Notes under the pieces: generated by a model | The model's input: the letters and a program-made list of their open reading frames with translations, nothing else | Database searches by the model: none | Told to the model about the DNA's origin: nothing | Shown: one piece after another, positions 41,415 through 54,775 of the stretch | Layout: each line of letters opens with the position of its first letter | How positions within the stretch are numbered: position 1 is the stretch's first letter | Made by a program: the position numbers and the translations under genes | Assembly (NCBI RefSeq): GCF_964355755.1 | Contig: NC_092672.1 | Location: 15,996,001-16,060,000 of the forward strand | Reading direction: 5' to 3' | DNA from: Antedon mediterranea | Lineage: Eukaryota; Animalia; Echinodermata | DNA: 64,000 nt

Positions 41415-41713
41415 TGTTGTGAACGGCGCCCGCTGGGTAAACAGACCACCCCTCCGACCGAACGAGGGCGTCGCCCCGATAGCTTGATTTGCATACAGGG
41501 GGTATGCAAATGTTAACGTGGAGCCTCGACGCCGCCCGAACCGGTCTATTCGAAGCAGGGAACCAAGCAAACAAGACGGAGGACACCGATAATCTATATT
41601 GACTTGGACTTGCTCTTCTATATCTTGTTTGATTTAGGACAAGCGGGACTGTTAAGGTAAGCCTAGTAGCTTTCATTATCAGGCCATTCCAGCACCAACC
41701 TAAAATCACAACA
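41415..41713 (+). repeat. 3' LTR
   Basis: 299 bp, same termini as the 5' LTR. Confidence 0.95.
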
Positions 41714-42098
41714 GTAGCCTCGAAGTTTGAAGAGAAAGCAAATTAGTATTAACTAATAATACTATTACTTCTACTCGCGAAATAAACTACGTACGTACGA
41801 TCGAGTACGCCAACAAAATCACCTATTATGGACAACACAATGGATGGCGCACTACTCCAATAAACTCGCCTATTGTGGACAAAAAGTCGCCTATTTTGGA
41901 CAGCCAATTATGAAAGTTACCTATTATGGACAAACAACAGCGCCTTCTAGTCCCTATTATGGACAGAAAGTCCCCTGTTATGGACAGAAAAGTAACCTAT
42001 TATGGACAGATTTTACCAACCCTATTGGGATTTTCTGTATTGTAACCAAATAATATGGAGGTTTTATCAATGTTGATCTTTGTTTTTGAAATGTTTTC
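41714..42098 (+). repeat. direct duplicate of 28821-29021 + 33074-33271, lacking the 4-kb insertion
   Basis: Colinear match from gtagcctcgaag to gaaatgttttc with several small indels and substitutions. Contains CCTATTATGGACA repeats. Confidence 0.9.
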
Positions 42099-43194
42099 AC
42101 ACGTACATTGTTCTTGGCCTTTTTGTACTAGGTGTATTAGGTTCATTGTGCAAAAGTTCCTGCTCACACTGTTTGGCTGGTGGTATAAGGTGCTTGCCAG
42201 CTATCCATGATGCTGTGTATTCTGTTTGTGGAGACAGTTTAGTGAGTAGCTTGGCCAGTTTGGCTGGATTTAAATAACTTTAAAATTTAAAATGGATTTT
42301 AAACTGCTAAACATATTTTTTTTCTTCTGAATCATGATTTGTAATTTTAAAATCCTTAACAAACTTGTATTTATTTTCAAACATCTGATCGTACCAGATG
42401 TATCTATACTACAAAGTATGTATACGATTTAACAACGTCCATCTGAAAGTTTTTATAATACAGCACCATTTTTCAAATTTTCTTAATTTCCCACCTTTTT
42501 TAAATACTATTATTTTTATTTGTTTACATTTACAGTAAGATGACATGTGTCGCAAAATATTTCCAATATATTTAATAAATTTTGTAGACCCTTTACAGTG
42601 TCTCCGTATAGTAATAAATCATATAGCTCATCAGAATATAATATATGGTTTATAAAGCACTCTCCTTTTTTTGAATTTGGAATGCGGCATGTTTTATTTC
42701 GAATAGGTTAATTTTGGTATTAAGATAATCGTGGTCATTGTAGGCCTACATGATGTTATGCTCATTTTCGTTGTTTCGAATCAAATTATATCATTCACTA
42801 CCTTTGTGGGAACAATAATAACTACCTATTTAAATGATACCGTATCTAAGAAAGTTATACTGTCTGCAATGTCTTCATGTTAATTTCATATCAATATCTG
42901 TACTTAAAACTAGGTAATTTGTTGTAAATTAACAGTTTACAAAAAGAATATTAATGTTCCTGGAAAAAGTGTTATGGGTATAAAATAAAAACTATTGGAA
43001 AAATAGGTAACTATTTAATGATACCTTATGAAGTGATGTTTGTACTTTCAATGGCATTATGTTATTCTTAACTAATAATGGCAACAGACTAACTTAACCA
43101 GATACACATAAATTTAAATTGCACATCCCTTATTATCCTAATAATTTTAAAAGAAATTTTCGTGTTTAGTGAAGGACAAAATTAACGTTGAACT

Positions 43195-43343
43195 TACCAA
43201 CGTTTCGTGCGTTAGCATCGCATTTTTAGTCACGTGGACGCGACTCTATAGTTCACTATGTTGGTCGGTCGGTCTGTCTGTCGGTCCGGTATCACTATGC
43301 GTTTTAGCACGCGACTTATGGCTGTTGGCCTTGTTTCAAGGTA
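43195..43343 (-). ncRNA. minimal type I hammerhead-ribozyme-like motif of the PLE, interrupted by an insertion
   Basis: After removing 43224-43335 the minus strand reads TACC-TTGAAAA-TGCG-atgctaa-CGCA-C-GAAAC-GTT-GGTA. Confidence 0.55.
43224..43335 (+). mobile_element. DINE-1/HINE-like mini element (Helentron-associated)
   Basis: T-run flanks, AGTC(A/G)CGTG / CACGCGACT sub-terminal IRs, (GGTC/TGTC)n microsatellite, GGCTGTTGGCC 3' hairpin. A related fragment lies at about 20030-20095. Confidence 0.65.
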
Positions 43344-44178
43344 GTGGTGTCAGCTTGATTTGCCGACACTGATCATGGCATAGTCACGTGATGTTGTTGT
43401 GACATGCGCCCTCTCTGAGTTATTACTTGAATACCGGCCGTCTCGCTTCTAACAGGTCATCATATATGTGTGCCAGCCACTTTCCTCCTTGGTCTCTGTT
43501 CATGTTGTTATCAGTTTTTATAATTAAAATTGGGTCTTGCCATCCTCTCTTGTTGATGTTTCCCTCTTTCTTTAACACTTTCGCCTCCCAATTAGGTGTA
43601 TGGTTTTCCTTTATAGCATAGTTTGTAACTGCAGATTTATGTGTAATTTTTGATTGTAACATTCTGCTTGACCTTGTCATAACTCCTTTCATGTGATCTT
43701 CTACATCTTTTTTATGTTCTTTTATTCTGTTTCCAAGTTTTCTACCGGTTTCTCCTATGTATATTAGGTTGCAATTCATACAGGGTATACCATACACTAC
43801 TCCACTTGTGTCCTCCGGCTTAATCTTATCTTTTGGGTGTACTAGATGTGATCTTAATTTGTTTTGGGGTACAAAGTAAGAGTTAATTTTATGGCTAGTA
43901 AGCGTTCTACGTATCTTATTTCCGATAGCCCTCTCACATAGGGTAAAGCTACGCTGCCACGCATGTCTTGCTTGTTTTCTCATTTTTTTCCAACTATTTT
44001 TTTCTTTTTTGTTGTGTATCACTCTATCGATGGCCCAATTTGGGTATTCACATATATTAAGTACCTTTCGTATGTGATTCATCTCTTCTCTTTTGCTCAG
44101 CTGTGTTGTTACGATGTAAGATGTATTCAAATAATAACTCAGAGAGGGCGCATGTCACATCAACATCACGTCTATCCC

Positions 44179-45660
44179 AAAGTAGAACAAATAATATATA
44201 GTTTTCCTTGGGGAAAGAAAAAAGAAAAAATTAAAAGAACAACACTCATCAAGCAAGTGTGTGAAGGTGGTCTTAATATGATTAATGTTAAGTCAATGGT
44301 AAAATCTCTAAAGTTAAGTTGGGTCAAAAGGCTTCTAAGTCCAGACCCCGGTAAATGGAAGTGCATAACCATTCTATATGTATCCCATTGAATACACTGT
44401 AAATAGAAGCCTACTCAATTTAGAAGAACACATAGTTTTAAGAGGTTTATCAGACTTTATGTAGAAACGTTAAAAGATGTGGTACACATCAACAATATTT
44501 TAGGTCGACATCCAATAAATGTAGCAGAAATTAAAACACAACAATTGTGGGAAAATAGGTATATTACAACTAATGGAAAATCACTATATTTTGAAACATG
44601 GTTACATTCTGGATATAAAGTAATTAATGATATTATAGTAAATAAAACAGAATAATAGCACCTGATGTATAAATACCCACTCTATCCAAACGACAAAATG
44701 GTCTAATAGAATATATGTTGCTTATTAATGCCATACCTATTGAATGGAAAGAATCTATAGCGAGAAACCAATACGATGACGAACATGTGAACACAATTAA
44801 GAAATCCTTGTTCCGAAAAGAGAACAAAGGTCAATTTTATTATAGGCATTTTGTAATTGAAATAGCTACCAATCCAATTGCAGAGGCAAAATGGGAAGTA
44901 GTGTTCAATAATGCTGAACTAGATTGGTATAAAGTATGGACAAATAAAATACACAACTTTAAGCACATAAATAAAATTGCACAATTTAATTTTAAATTAC
45001 TACACAACATTTTACCTTGTAAAAAAAGGCTTAAAGACTTGAAAATAGTAGAAAACAATATATGTGACAGGTGTAAACAAGAAATTGAATGTGAATTACA
45101 TATGCTAGTTGAATGTACAGCAATTCAAAATGTATGGCTTCAATTTAATGACCTCATAATTAAGTGTTTTCCAATAGAAGGTACTATCAATTGGTATAAA
45201 ATAATAACAGGTACACGAAACATAATTGTAAATGAACTTATTTCATTATTCACATTTTGCATTTACATATCATGCATTTTGGAAAAATTTGAAAAACGAA
45301 AAAACATAAAGTGATATGGAATTTGTTTGCATTTGAATTCAAATCCTTAATTACAAAAAACAAAAATGTAAAAACTAGCGTTTTAAAGAACTTACTCTAA
45401 TTTTTACTTCAATAACTATTTTAATATATGCAATTATTAATCATTTATCTGTACAGTACAATTTTAATTATGCAATATGTATAATGTATTTTTTTTTCTA
45501 TTATAGCTTCATCTGTATAGTCTATTTACCTTTATGCCAAATATGTATCTATATCGTTTTAAGAATTACATCATTATTTAAACTATTATACATTGGTTCG
45601 TAAATGAATACGTTTATAAATACCTGTTAATGAAAATGAGAAGAAATTACAATAAAGGTG
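44179..45660 (+). mobile_element. 5'-truncated L1/Tx1-clade LINE
   Basis: SFPWGKKKEKIKRTTL..EGGLNMIN..LKLSWVKRL, and FNFKLLHNILP..CDRC..HMLVEC (zf-RVT). AT-rich 3' UTR with AATAAA near 45651. Confidence 0.85.
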
Positions 45661-46289
45661 GCGATTCCAATTCTGATTAAGTCCAAAAATGTCCACTATA
45701 TTTCCATTACCCTTAAAAGATAACTTTACACCGGAAATATATGACCACCTTCATATAAAACGGCTAACGTGTATTACCCTAAAAACCCTCTAAATAAACT
45801 CAACTATGAACTGAACCTAACCCTCTAAATAATCTCAATTATCAACTGAATCACCCGTTTTAATAACTGTCAGCTAAATAATCTCAACTATCAACTAAGC
45901 CGTAGGCCGCTTCTATATGTTTTATGTAAGAAAACGTACATAGTAATCAGTTTTAATAATACTCTAGTATTTCAAATGACCTACCCTCTGATTAATAATG
46001 GAATGATCCATTATTACCAACCAATCATTTGATGATCTGAATTTTCTAGTTCCATTTCAGATATTGGTATCTGAGTTTTCTAGATCTGGAAAACTCAGAT
46101 ATCTGAGTTTTCTAGATCTAAAAAAACAGATATATCTGAGATCTGAGTTTTCTAGATCTGAGTTTTATAGTTGGCCGGAAATGACACTAATAATAGCGCG
46201 CTCGCAATTGGCAAAACAATCGTAGCCTACTTTTTACGCCGGTAAACACATTTGCGTTCAATGCTAACGTCCATTAACCCTTTATAATC

Positions 46290-46810
46290 TTAACAATGAA
46301 CTGAACCTTACTCTCTAAACAATCTCAACTATGAACTGAACCTAAGCCTCTAAATAATCTCAACTATCAGCTGAACCTAACCCTTTAAATAATTTCAACT
46401 ATGAACTGAACCTAACCCTCTAAATAATCTCAACTATGAACTTAACCTAACCCTCTAAATAATCTCAACAATGAACTGAACCTTACTCTCTAAACAATCT
46501 CAACTATGAACTGAACCTAAGCCTCTAAATAATCTCAACTATCAGCTGAACCTAACCCTTTAAATAATTTCAACTATGAACTGAACCTAACCCTCTAAAT
46601 AATCTCAACTATGAACTTAACCTAACCCTCTAAATAATCTCAACTGTGAACTGAACCTACGGTACCCTCTTAATAATCTCAACTATGAACTGAACCTAAC
46701 CCTCTAAATAATCTCAACTATGAACTGAACCTAACCCTCTGAATAATCCCAACTATCAATCTCAACTATGAACTGAACCAACCCCCTCAATAATCTCTAT
46801 GAACTGAAAC
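46290..46810. repeat. 35-bp minisatellite with 175-bp higher-order duplication
   Basis: Unit CTCAACTATGAACTGAACCTAACCCTCTAAATAAT, about 15 copies; degenerate copies also at 45775-45900. Confidence 0.92.
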
Positions 46811-46949
46811 TCATCATCATTAGGCATCGTTCAGTCAAAATTGACTATGGAGACAACATTGGAGAGAATTTCATCCGTTATCCAATGAGTCTGTGTGAGT
46901 TCCAGTAGCTGATCTAGATTTTTTTTTCAGATACCTCTCTTCATTTTCC

Positions 46950-48660
46950 ATACGATATCTTTCTTCGCTGTGTACAAGTCCTGTACTGCCTTAATACAGT
47001 CTTTCCATGATTTTCGGTCATTAGCCTTTTTTCCCAGGTGTTCACATTGATGTCCATTGCCTTTTAGTCACAATTCGCTAGCTCATCGTACAATACATTT
47101 GTATCATCCATTCCTCTGACATGACTAAGCCATCGTAGTCTTCGCTGTCGAATTAATGTAAACATCGAAGGAATGCCACATCTATCAAGGATACTGTTAT
47201 GTGTCACCCTGTCCTGCCGTCTGATATTTAAGATAGTCCGTAGACAGCGGAGGTGAACTACATTTAGTTTCTTTTCTTGTCTAGCATAGGTTGTCCACGA
47301 TTTAGCTTCATACAAGAGGACACTAATGACAAATGCCATATACACTTTGATCTTTACAGCCACTCTAATCATTATTTTTATTTTCCCAAACACGTACAGA
47401 CAACTGACTGAGAGTACTAGAAGCTCTTCCGATTCGAATGTTTAGTTCACAATCAAAAGAGTTGACCAAAGCGTTCACAGGCACATGAACATTTATCAAG
47501 TAGAAGTTGTAGACCATTAGGAGAATGACTGCAGAAACAGGCATCATCTGCATAAAGAAAATCACGAAGAAGAATCTTATTTTATCTTAGCTTTAAGTCT
47601 GGCCGGGTTGTACAACTTGTCAGTAGATCTACAATGCAATAAAACTCTTCCATAAGATTAGGTTCAAAAGCTCGACTGCAAAGTAAATCCCAAAAAGAAG
47701 AGGGACAAGAACATCTCCTTGTTTTGTCCCATTCTCGACATCAAATGGGTAGACACTGCTCTATTGTACTCGACAGTAGCTTGCATTCCTTGATGGAAGG
47801 ATCGGATAATATTTAATAGAGTAGGTGGACATCGAATTTTCCTTAGGATTTCAAATAGACAGTCTCTATTAATCAGTCCCTATTAATAATAATAGTGAGA
47901 TCGATTAATGCCAGGTAGAGTTGCCGTTTTTGCTCAACACATTTTTCTAATAGAGAAAATCATATCAATGGTAGATCTTCCAATTGAAGGCGAAAACCAC
48001 ACTGAGACTCTGGATATACCCTTTCCGCTAAAGGCAGCAGACGTTGTAGAACTACTTTTCCAAATAATTTTCCACAGATATTGAGCAGAGAAATGCCGAG
48101 ATAATTATCACAGCAACCACGATCACCTTTATTCTTGTACAGAGTGGCAATGGATGCATTCTTGAAATCCTGTGGAACTTTACCAAGAGACCAACAGAGA
48201 TTAATAAGCTCATGCAGATGATGTATTAGAGTCAGGCCACCTGCTTTAACAATTTCATTTGGTATACAATCATCACCAGGAGCCTTGCCTGACGACAGTT
48301 GCTCTACTGCTGATCGTACTTCATCCATAGTTGGGTAGGCATAAAAAAAGTTCCAACTTAGTTGGTAAATTTTGAACATTTCTGGGTTCCTCCTGGGATA
48401 CAGGCATCTTAGTTTGGTAAACTACCGAGTAATGTTCTACTCACCGGTCCATCTGTTTCTTCTGATCGATTATCACATTACCATTTCGGTCTTTCATTTG
48501 TGCTGTTTTCTTTTGTACTGGCCCAATGGCTTTTCGGATTCCTTCATCGATCCCTTCAAATGCCCTGTATCAGCATTTTGTTGTATCTGAGCACTAAGCT
48601 CCTCCCAGTACTCGTTAGTGCACTGGCGCACAGCTCGTTGAACCCTTGCTAAACTTTTTT
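46950..48660 (-). mobile_element. decayed RTE (BovB-like) LINE
   Basis: LSSGKAPGDD, VPQDFKNASIATLYKNKGDR..NYLGISLL, PESQCGFR, LLYEAKSWTTY and RQRRLRWLSHV motifs. Confidence 0.88.
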
Positions 48661-50109
48661 TTTTTATCTTATGTGGGTTCATCCCACTTTTATTTCCATA
48701 CAACTGTTCTCTTTACATATATTTTTCACTATACACTATACATATCATTATATTTACAATGTTTGTTTAATCATCTGTTTACATATACTTATTTAAAGAG
48801 TTTAATTCATTTGTTTACATATTAGCACATTATTACAGATTACATAGCTTCCTCTTTTTAAACATATTATCTGTAACACATTTTCATTAACAAGCTTATT
48901 TTTTTCTTACATAGTTGGTTTATTGTTTTTTTCATCTACCACATTTTCATTTAACAATGCATATTCTCTGTTATACTCATTACTTACTAAATGTTTACTG
49001 TTAACATATTGTTCTCATCCTTTAACATTAATATTAATATTTACAAAACTTTTATTTCCAGCAGATTATCCTTTTTTTGCACTATAACTTCTTAAATTTT
49101 TATTTAACTTTTTTACTTTCTTCTCTTATGTGGATTCATTCCACTTTTTTTTTTACTTATTTTCTTTAAAAAAACTATTTCCATATATTATTTTGTTTAT
49201 ACATACATTATCATTTAACCATTTTGATTACATAGTTTCCTCTTTTTATACATATTATCTATAACACATTTTCATTAACAAAGCTTATTTTTTCTTACAT
49301 AGTTGTTTTTGTTTATTTTTCATCTACATGCATATTTATTTCATACAATTATAATACGTTTATGTTTACTAAATCCATCCCATGGGTTTGTCCCATTTTA
49401 TTTTTCTTTGGATTTATCTATGCAAACATATTTTCATTTAAACAATGCATATTCTCTGTTATACTAATTACTTACTAACTTTTTACTGTTAACATTATAT
49501 TTTCTTCATCCTTTAACATTGATTTTTTTGATCTTTAAATGTTTACAAAATTTATTTCCATTATCCTTGTTTGCATCTACAGTATAACCCATCAAAGTTT
49601 CATTTAACTTTTTTTTTCTTATGTGGGTTCATTCAATTTTTTTTTTTACTTATTATTTATTCTATTATTTTTTTATACATACATTATCATTTAACAACAT
49701 TTATGTTTAATGATCCATTAAAAAAATTAGACATTTTTTTTCTTTTTAACCATTTTATCATTTCAAAATTCCACATGCAGTAAGAATGTGCATATTACAT
49801 ATATATATATACCTATAATATGAAAGCTTTGATGAATACACTTCACCACTTAAACCTAAACCTTCTTATCCTTCATCATTTTTTTATCATCAATCTATAA
49901 AAAGCTTTTCACATTTTGTATATAAGATTTTACCGTCCCTAGGGAATGATATTATGCTCTCGAGAATTATATTTCCCTCAGCTAGCGCTTTGGGAAATAT
50001 AAATTCCCTCAAACAAAATATCATTACCTCGGGGATGTCAAATCATATATTTAACCTCTAAGCAGGCAATCTGTAAAATATCCAGGGACCAAAATGCGTT
50101 TATTTTTAG

Positions 50110-50470
50110 GTAAAAATAAGAAGATTAAACGGGAACTTGTTCGAAGTTTGATCTTTATTTTATGAAGTGAGGGATAACATGAGATACCGTTGCGCACACG
50201 CACGTCAGTCTTCAACATGAGGCCAGAGTTGCATCCATATGGAATTTCTGACCAAGTGGAGCGAAATTCAATAATCAGGTTTATAACATATTGGACCTGT
50301 CTTCCATTTATTAAAGCTCAGTTAATTTTAGGGTAGGGCGTGTAGGGCATGTTATCTCTCACTTACACCTACCTCATAAAATAAAGATCAAACTTCGAAC
50401 AGGTAAAGTAAGTTCTCGTTTAATCTTCTTATTTTATTTCGCTACGGTGATCGTTCGAGATCACATGAGA
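50110..50470. mobile_element. DIRS-like terminal/internal complementary repeat remnant
   Basis: Inverted pair AAAATAAGAAGATTAAACG..TTCGAAGTTTGATCTTTATTTTATGA versus its complement at about 50373-50435, plus GTGAGGGATAACATG / CATGTTATCTCTCAC. DIRS assignment is from recall. Confidence 0.45.
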
Positions 50471-51407
50471 GTTTAAAGAAACTCTGGCCTCAACGACCAG
50501 TTTGTTTGGGTAAATAATAACGACACATGTACGGTAATTAAATAACATTGATATTTATTATTTAAATAACATTTTGATTGCTGGGTATAACTTCCCAACG
50601 TGGGATTTCAAACCTAATTCCAAACACAACTTGTATATTGCAATAAACCTATACTCCAACTGGCTATGAAGTACCTTAGCATTATATTAATATTGTCAAT
50701 ATCAATAAAATACGGATTGTTAAACACCTTTAAAAACTTGATAAATACCAAAAAAAAGAATATGAATTTGGTCTAAAGTGAGACGTTTCGGCTCACAAAG
50801 TAGGATGTTTCGGCCCACTTTTGGGCCGAATCGTCCCACCAAAAGTGGGCCGAATAGTCCCGGGCCGAATCGTCCTGGAACCATTCAGAGTACAGACGTG
50901 ATATAAAAAAAAATTCCAAAGTCCTTATACGATGACGTCACACACGTACCAGCATCCCATTGGCTGATTATGACGAAATGCAATTTTACCGTACCTTTAG
51001 TAAACGGAAGTTAGGATACGGTACCGTATCTTTAGCCATAGCCACGGCGTTTCATTATAAAGCAAAAAAATGAAGTGTCAACAGGGCCTAAAATGGATTC
51101 CTTGTCTGAAGTGCATGTGTTTAGACACCAAGATTGTGTATTTACCTAATTTAGATCTGATTTTATGCACATTTTATATAAAATTGGCGGCCATTTTAAG
51201 ACGAGGCAAAAATTTAAGTGTCAACAGGGCTTAGAGTGATCAGAAGGGATTATTAATTAGGATATCTGGCTATGTTGACAGTCTATAACATTTCACTCCC
51301 CCAAATTTTGTGCCTAGACTATAGTTTCTCTGGTGCATTTTTGTTTTTGCTATTTGTTTTTAATGTGAAAATGTGATTTGAGGCAATTCTGTGTACTTTT
51401 TATTTGA

Positions 51408-51515
51408 GATGTTACGTAGCGGTAGACGATACCTGACCATCACTTCTCGTAGGCCTACTAATAGGTTTCGCAACAGCTTCTATCCAGCTGCCATTCGGGC
51501 ACTGAATGCTAGTTA
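51408..51515 (+). mobile_element. Rex1/Babar LINE 3' fragment
   Basis: LRSGRRYLTITSRRPTNRFRNSFYPAAIRALN matches the Rex-Babar ORF C-terminal motif. Confidence 0.65.
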
Positions 51516-53519
51516 GTACGAGAGTGATGTGACATAATATCATTGTAATTAGTTATCCGCTTGGTAGAGCGGATAACTCCTTGTTATTGTATGGGATCAA
51601 TATTTTTTTTCTATATTATTAGTTATCCCCATTCAGCGGATAACTCCTTGTAACTGTCCTGTTTCATCTTTTTTTCTGTATTCTTCTTTCTTTCTTTCTG
51701 TCATTTTTGTGCAGAGCGCATCTCTAAACCTTGTAAACATAACATTCCATAACTTTGTCAATATATGCGCATTCACGTGAAGTTGTGCACCCCCTATTTT
51801 TGAATGACGTCAGAGTTGCGCAACGTGACTTGCGCGCGTTTTTTTTATGAATTTCGCGTATTTAACATAGATCAATAACCATATAACATTTTAAAATAAA
51901 ACTTAGCAAAGTTTAATTTATATCATGCGCTAACTTTCTGTGTTAAAAAATGGCATGTCGCACACGAAGTTACGTGCGCACGCGCGTTTAAAATTTTAAA
52001 ATGTCAAAAATCAATTTCTAATGTCGTGAAACACACGGCCAGTCTGTGGTTCTTTTTTGGCCAGCCTGTGGTCAGAGGGCGCTAGACATTTGGCCAGCCT
52101 GTGGTCCCGAGGGCGCTAGCATGAAACACACAGCCAATCTGATTCTTTTTTTGGCCAGCTTGTGGTCCGAGGGCGCTAGACATATCGGCCAGCCTGTGGT
52201 CCCGAGGGCGCTAGACATAACTTTTCCATGCTTTTCTAAAGTGAGCCCTCTACAGCTGTTTTCACATAACTTTATTTAGCGGGAAAATTAAAACCAGTCA
52301 AGATCGATCTAACAGGTAGGCCTCCTATATCCAAATAATTATAAATATAAAACTAACAACTTTACTAGGCCTAGGCTAGGTATTCATAATTATAATGCCT
52401 ACTTAATAAGAAGGCCTGCCCTTTAATAGGGCTAGCCTAGTTAAATATTAGTTTAATTTAGTTAAATAGGCCAGCAAGAGTGGAAGGAGGAGGACAGACT
52501 CCTCCTCCTACTACAGCAGGCGGCCTACGCTAGTAGTAGTAGGCTAGTACTAGGCTAGGCCTACTAGGTAGGTAGGCTAGTAGTAGGCTACTGCATGCTC
52601 ACAGTGACAGGGTGCCAACACTCTATCTAGCTTTAATGTTTAGGCCAAACCACTGCCTCCCGTTCCCATTGTACTACCTACTACTACTACTACTAGAGCT
52701 GACTAGCCGTCCTCTAGCTAGTAGGCCTAGTAGGCTAGCCCTTAGGCTAGTTCTACTAGCCTGGGCCTAATAATGGGCCTAGCCTAGGTCTAATTAATTA
52801 TAGACTTACTAGGCCTTGTTACTAGCCTACTACTACAACTAGGCCTACTACTACTACTACTACTACTAGGCCTACTTAGTACTACTAGGATTACTAGTTA
52901 TTATAATTAGGCCTAGTAGTAGAGTAGGGTAGTACTAGGTAGTTCCGCTAGCCTTATATGTATATATACTACTATAATATGGATTAGGCCTATATACAAA
53001 AACTACTATAAACATCATTGTTATTAAAAATAACAATCAATAGACGCGTTTAATCAGTTTTATTTTCTTTTCTTAAACTAGGAAACTAGGCCTATAGTAG
53101 GCCTTGATTTTAGTCCCATCAGCAGTTTACATTGCTCAATAAGTCAAGTACGTATAGTCTAATCAACATATCCTTCATATTGTAAAATATGTAGTACTAG
53201 TAATGATATATTTTAAATAAATTAAAAGAAAGCTTAGATGTACATAACTTTCTAATTCATAATATTGGTAATGATCACACTCCTCATATCCCATCTATCA
53301 TTTTAAAATCTTTATTCTATCTTTTAGATTGTAAAAATACGCCCGCCGGAAACTAGGCCTTGATTTTAGTCCCATCAGCAGTTTACATTGCTCAATAAGT
53401 CAAGTACGTATAGTCTAATCAACATATCGTTATTGTAAAATCTTTAGTAATTAAATATTTTAAATAAATTAAAAGAAAGCTTAGATGTACATAACTCTCT
53501 AATTCATATTTGTAATGAT

Positions 53520-53950
53520 TAATAAATCAATCTTCAATAAAATGCCTCAATGGTAATTTTACTTTATTCAATTATAATTACAACACATGAGGTATTCTGA
53601 ATTATTATATTCTTCAATAAAATTCTCATCAAATCAATAAAACATTTTACTGTAATGGAATAAAAATATGGAATGAATCACATAATAGTTTAAAGGAAAT
53701 TGGAAACAATAATACATTCAAATATACTCTTAAAAAACATCTTCTGAAATGCAACTTGTGATTTAATTGAGATTTGCTTGTTAATTAAGATTTTCCATGC
53801 CTTCCTTTTTTTATGTCGAGGACCCCTAAGGAAACAAGCTCTAGAGCTTATAGGGTTATCATCTTGCTCTCACCCTGTCATTTGTATATGTATTTGTAAT
53901 AATATTGTATTCGATGAATGACCAACAAATAAAAAACAAGCAAAATCAAA
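53520..53950 (+). mobile_element. CR1-group (L2/Crack/Daphne-like) LINE 3' end
   Basis: TFYCNGIKIWNE..LKEI..TFKYTLKKHLL, then a 3' UTR with AATAAA and an A-rich tail. Interrupts one copy of a local direct repeat (compare 53083-53340). Confidence 0.65.
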
Positions 53951-54324
53951 CTCCACATATCCCATCTATCATTTTAAATTCACTTTTGTAAGATAAAAGT
54001 GGTGGTCTGACAATTATGTATAACGTGTATCTTTAACATTTTAAAATCTTTATTCTATTTTTTAGATTGTTATACGCACGCAATACATGTACATGAGATG
54101 ATCCATGCGTATGTAAAGTACGAATCATTGACTGACACGTCAGATCATGGACCAGTTTTCAGAAAATTTGGTAGAAAAAACGTTTCGCTGTTGAATAAAG
54201 TAACACATAAATTACCAGGTGTTTTCTGCAATATGACGCTTGACAAAATGTTGCAACCACGTAATCTCATGTAGGAAAAAAAATCGAGTTTCGTTGTTCT
54301 TTCCTCTAAAGCGTGATGTGTGTC

Positions 54325-54775
54325 AATTCAACGTTTATTACAATGGTTTGCATATATTCTCAATAATTGTTTGATTTTCATTCTTCTAGAGTGAAAGCTT
54401 ACGTAGAGCATTGTATGTCATTTCGACGTTTATTACAATGGTTTGCATATAATTATTCTCAATAATTGTTTGATTTTTCATTCTTCTTCAATAATTGTTT
54501 TAACTTTGATAGTTCATTCTTCTAGAGTGAAAGCTTACGTAAAGCATTGTATGTCATTTCGACGTTTATTACAATGGTTTGCATATATTCTCAATAATTG
54601 TTTTAACTTTGATTGTTCATTCTTCTAGAGTGAAAGCTTACGTAGAGCATTGTATGTCATTTCGACGTTTATTACAATGGTTTGCATATATTCTCAATAA
54701 TTGTTTTAACTTTGATTGTTCATTCTTCAAGAGTGAAAGCTTACGTAGAGCATTGTATGTCAATTCGACGTTAAT
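54325..54775. repeat. ~100-bp tandem repeat, about 4 copies
   Basis: Unit contains TTCGACGTTTATTACAATGGTTTGCATAT..GAGTGAAAGCTTACGTAGAGCATTGTATGTCA. Confidence 0.85.

Larger units (their letters stand above)
33287..41713 (+). mobile_element. full-length (defective) Ty3/Gypsy LTR retrotransposon
   Basis: Two 299-bp LTRs, PBS and PPT. gag with CCHC, then PR (VDTAA), RT (FLDD), RNase H and integrase (HHCC, DDE, GPY/F) in Gypsy order. Confidence 0.97.
43190..44171 (-). mobile_element. 5'-truncated Penelope-like element (GIY-YIG end) with inverted partial pLTR
   Basis: ORF 43423-44130 GVVYGIPCMNCNLIYIGETGRKLGNRIKEH. A 49-bp inverted copy of the 3' region (43386-43434 vs 44123-44171) sits at the truncation point. 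Confidence 0.88.

Noticed and set aside
46290-46810. CRISPR-like periodicity (35 bp)
   Set aside because: Units are contiguous with no unique spacers, there are no cas genes, and the context is eukaryotic.
48660-49880. AT-rich region with degenerate direct repeats
   Set aside because: No termini or recognisable protein motif; cannot be classified.
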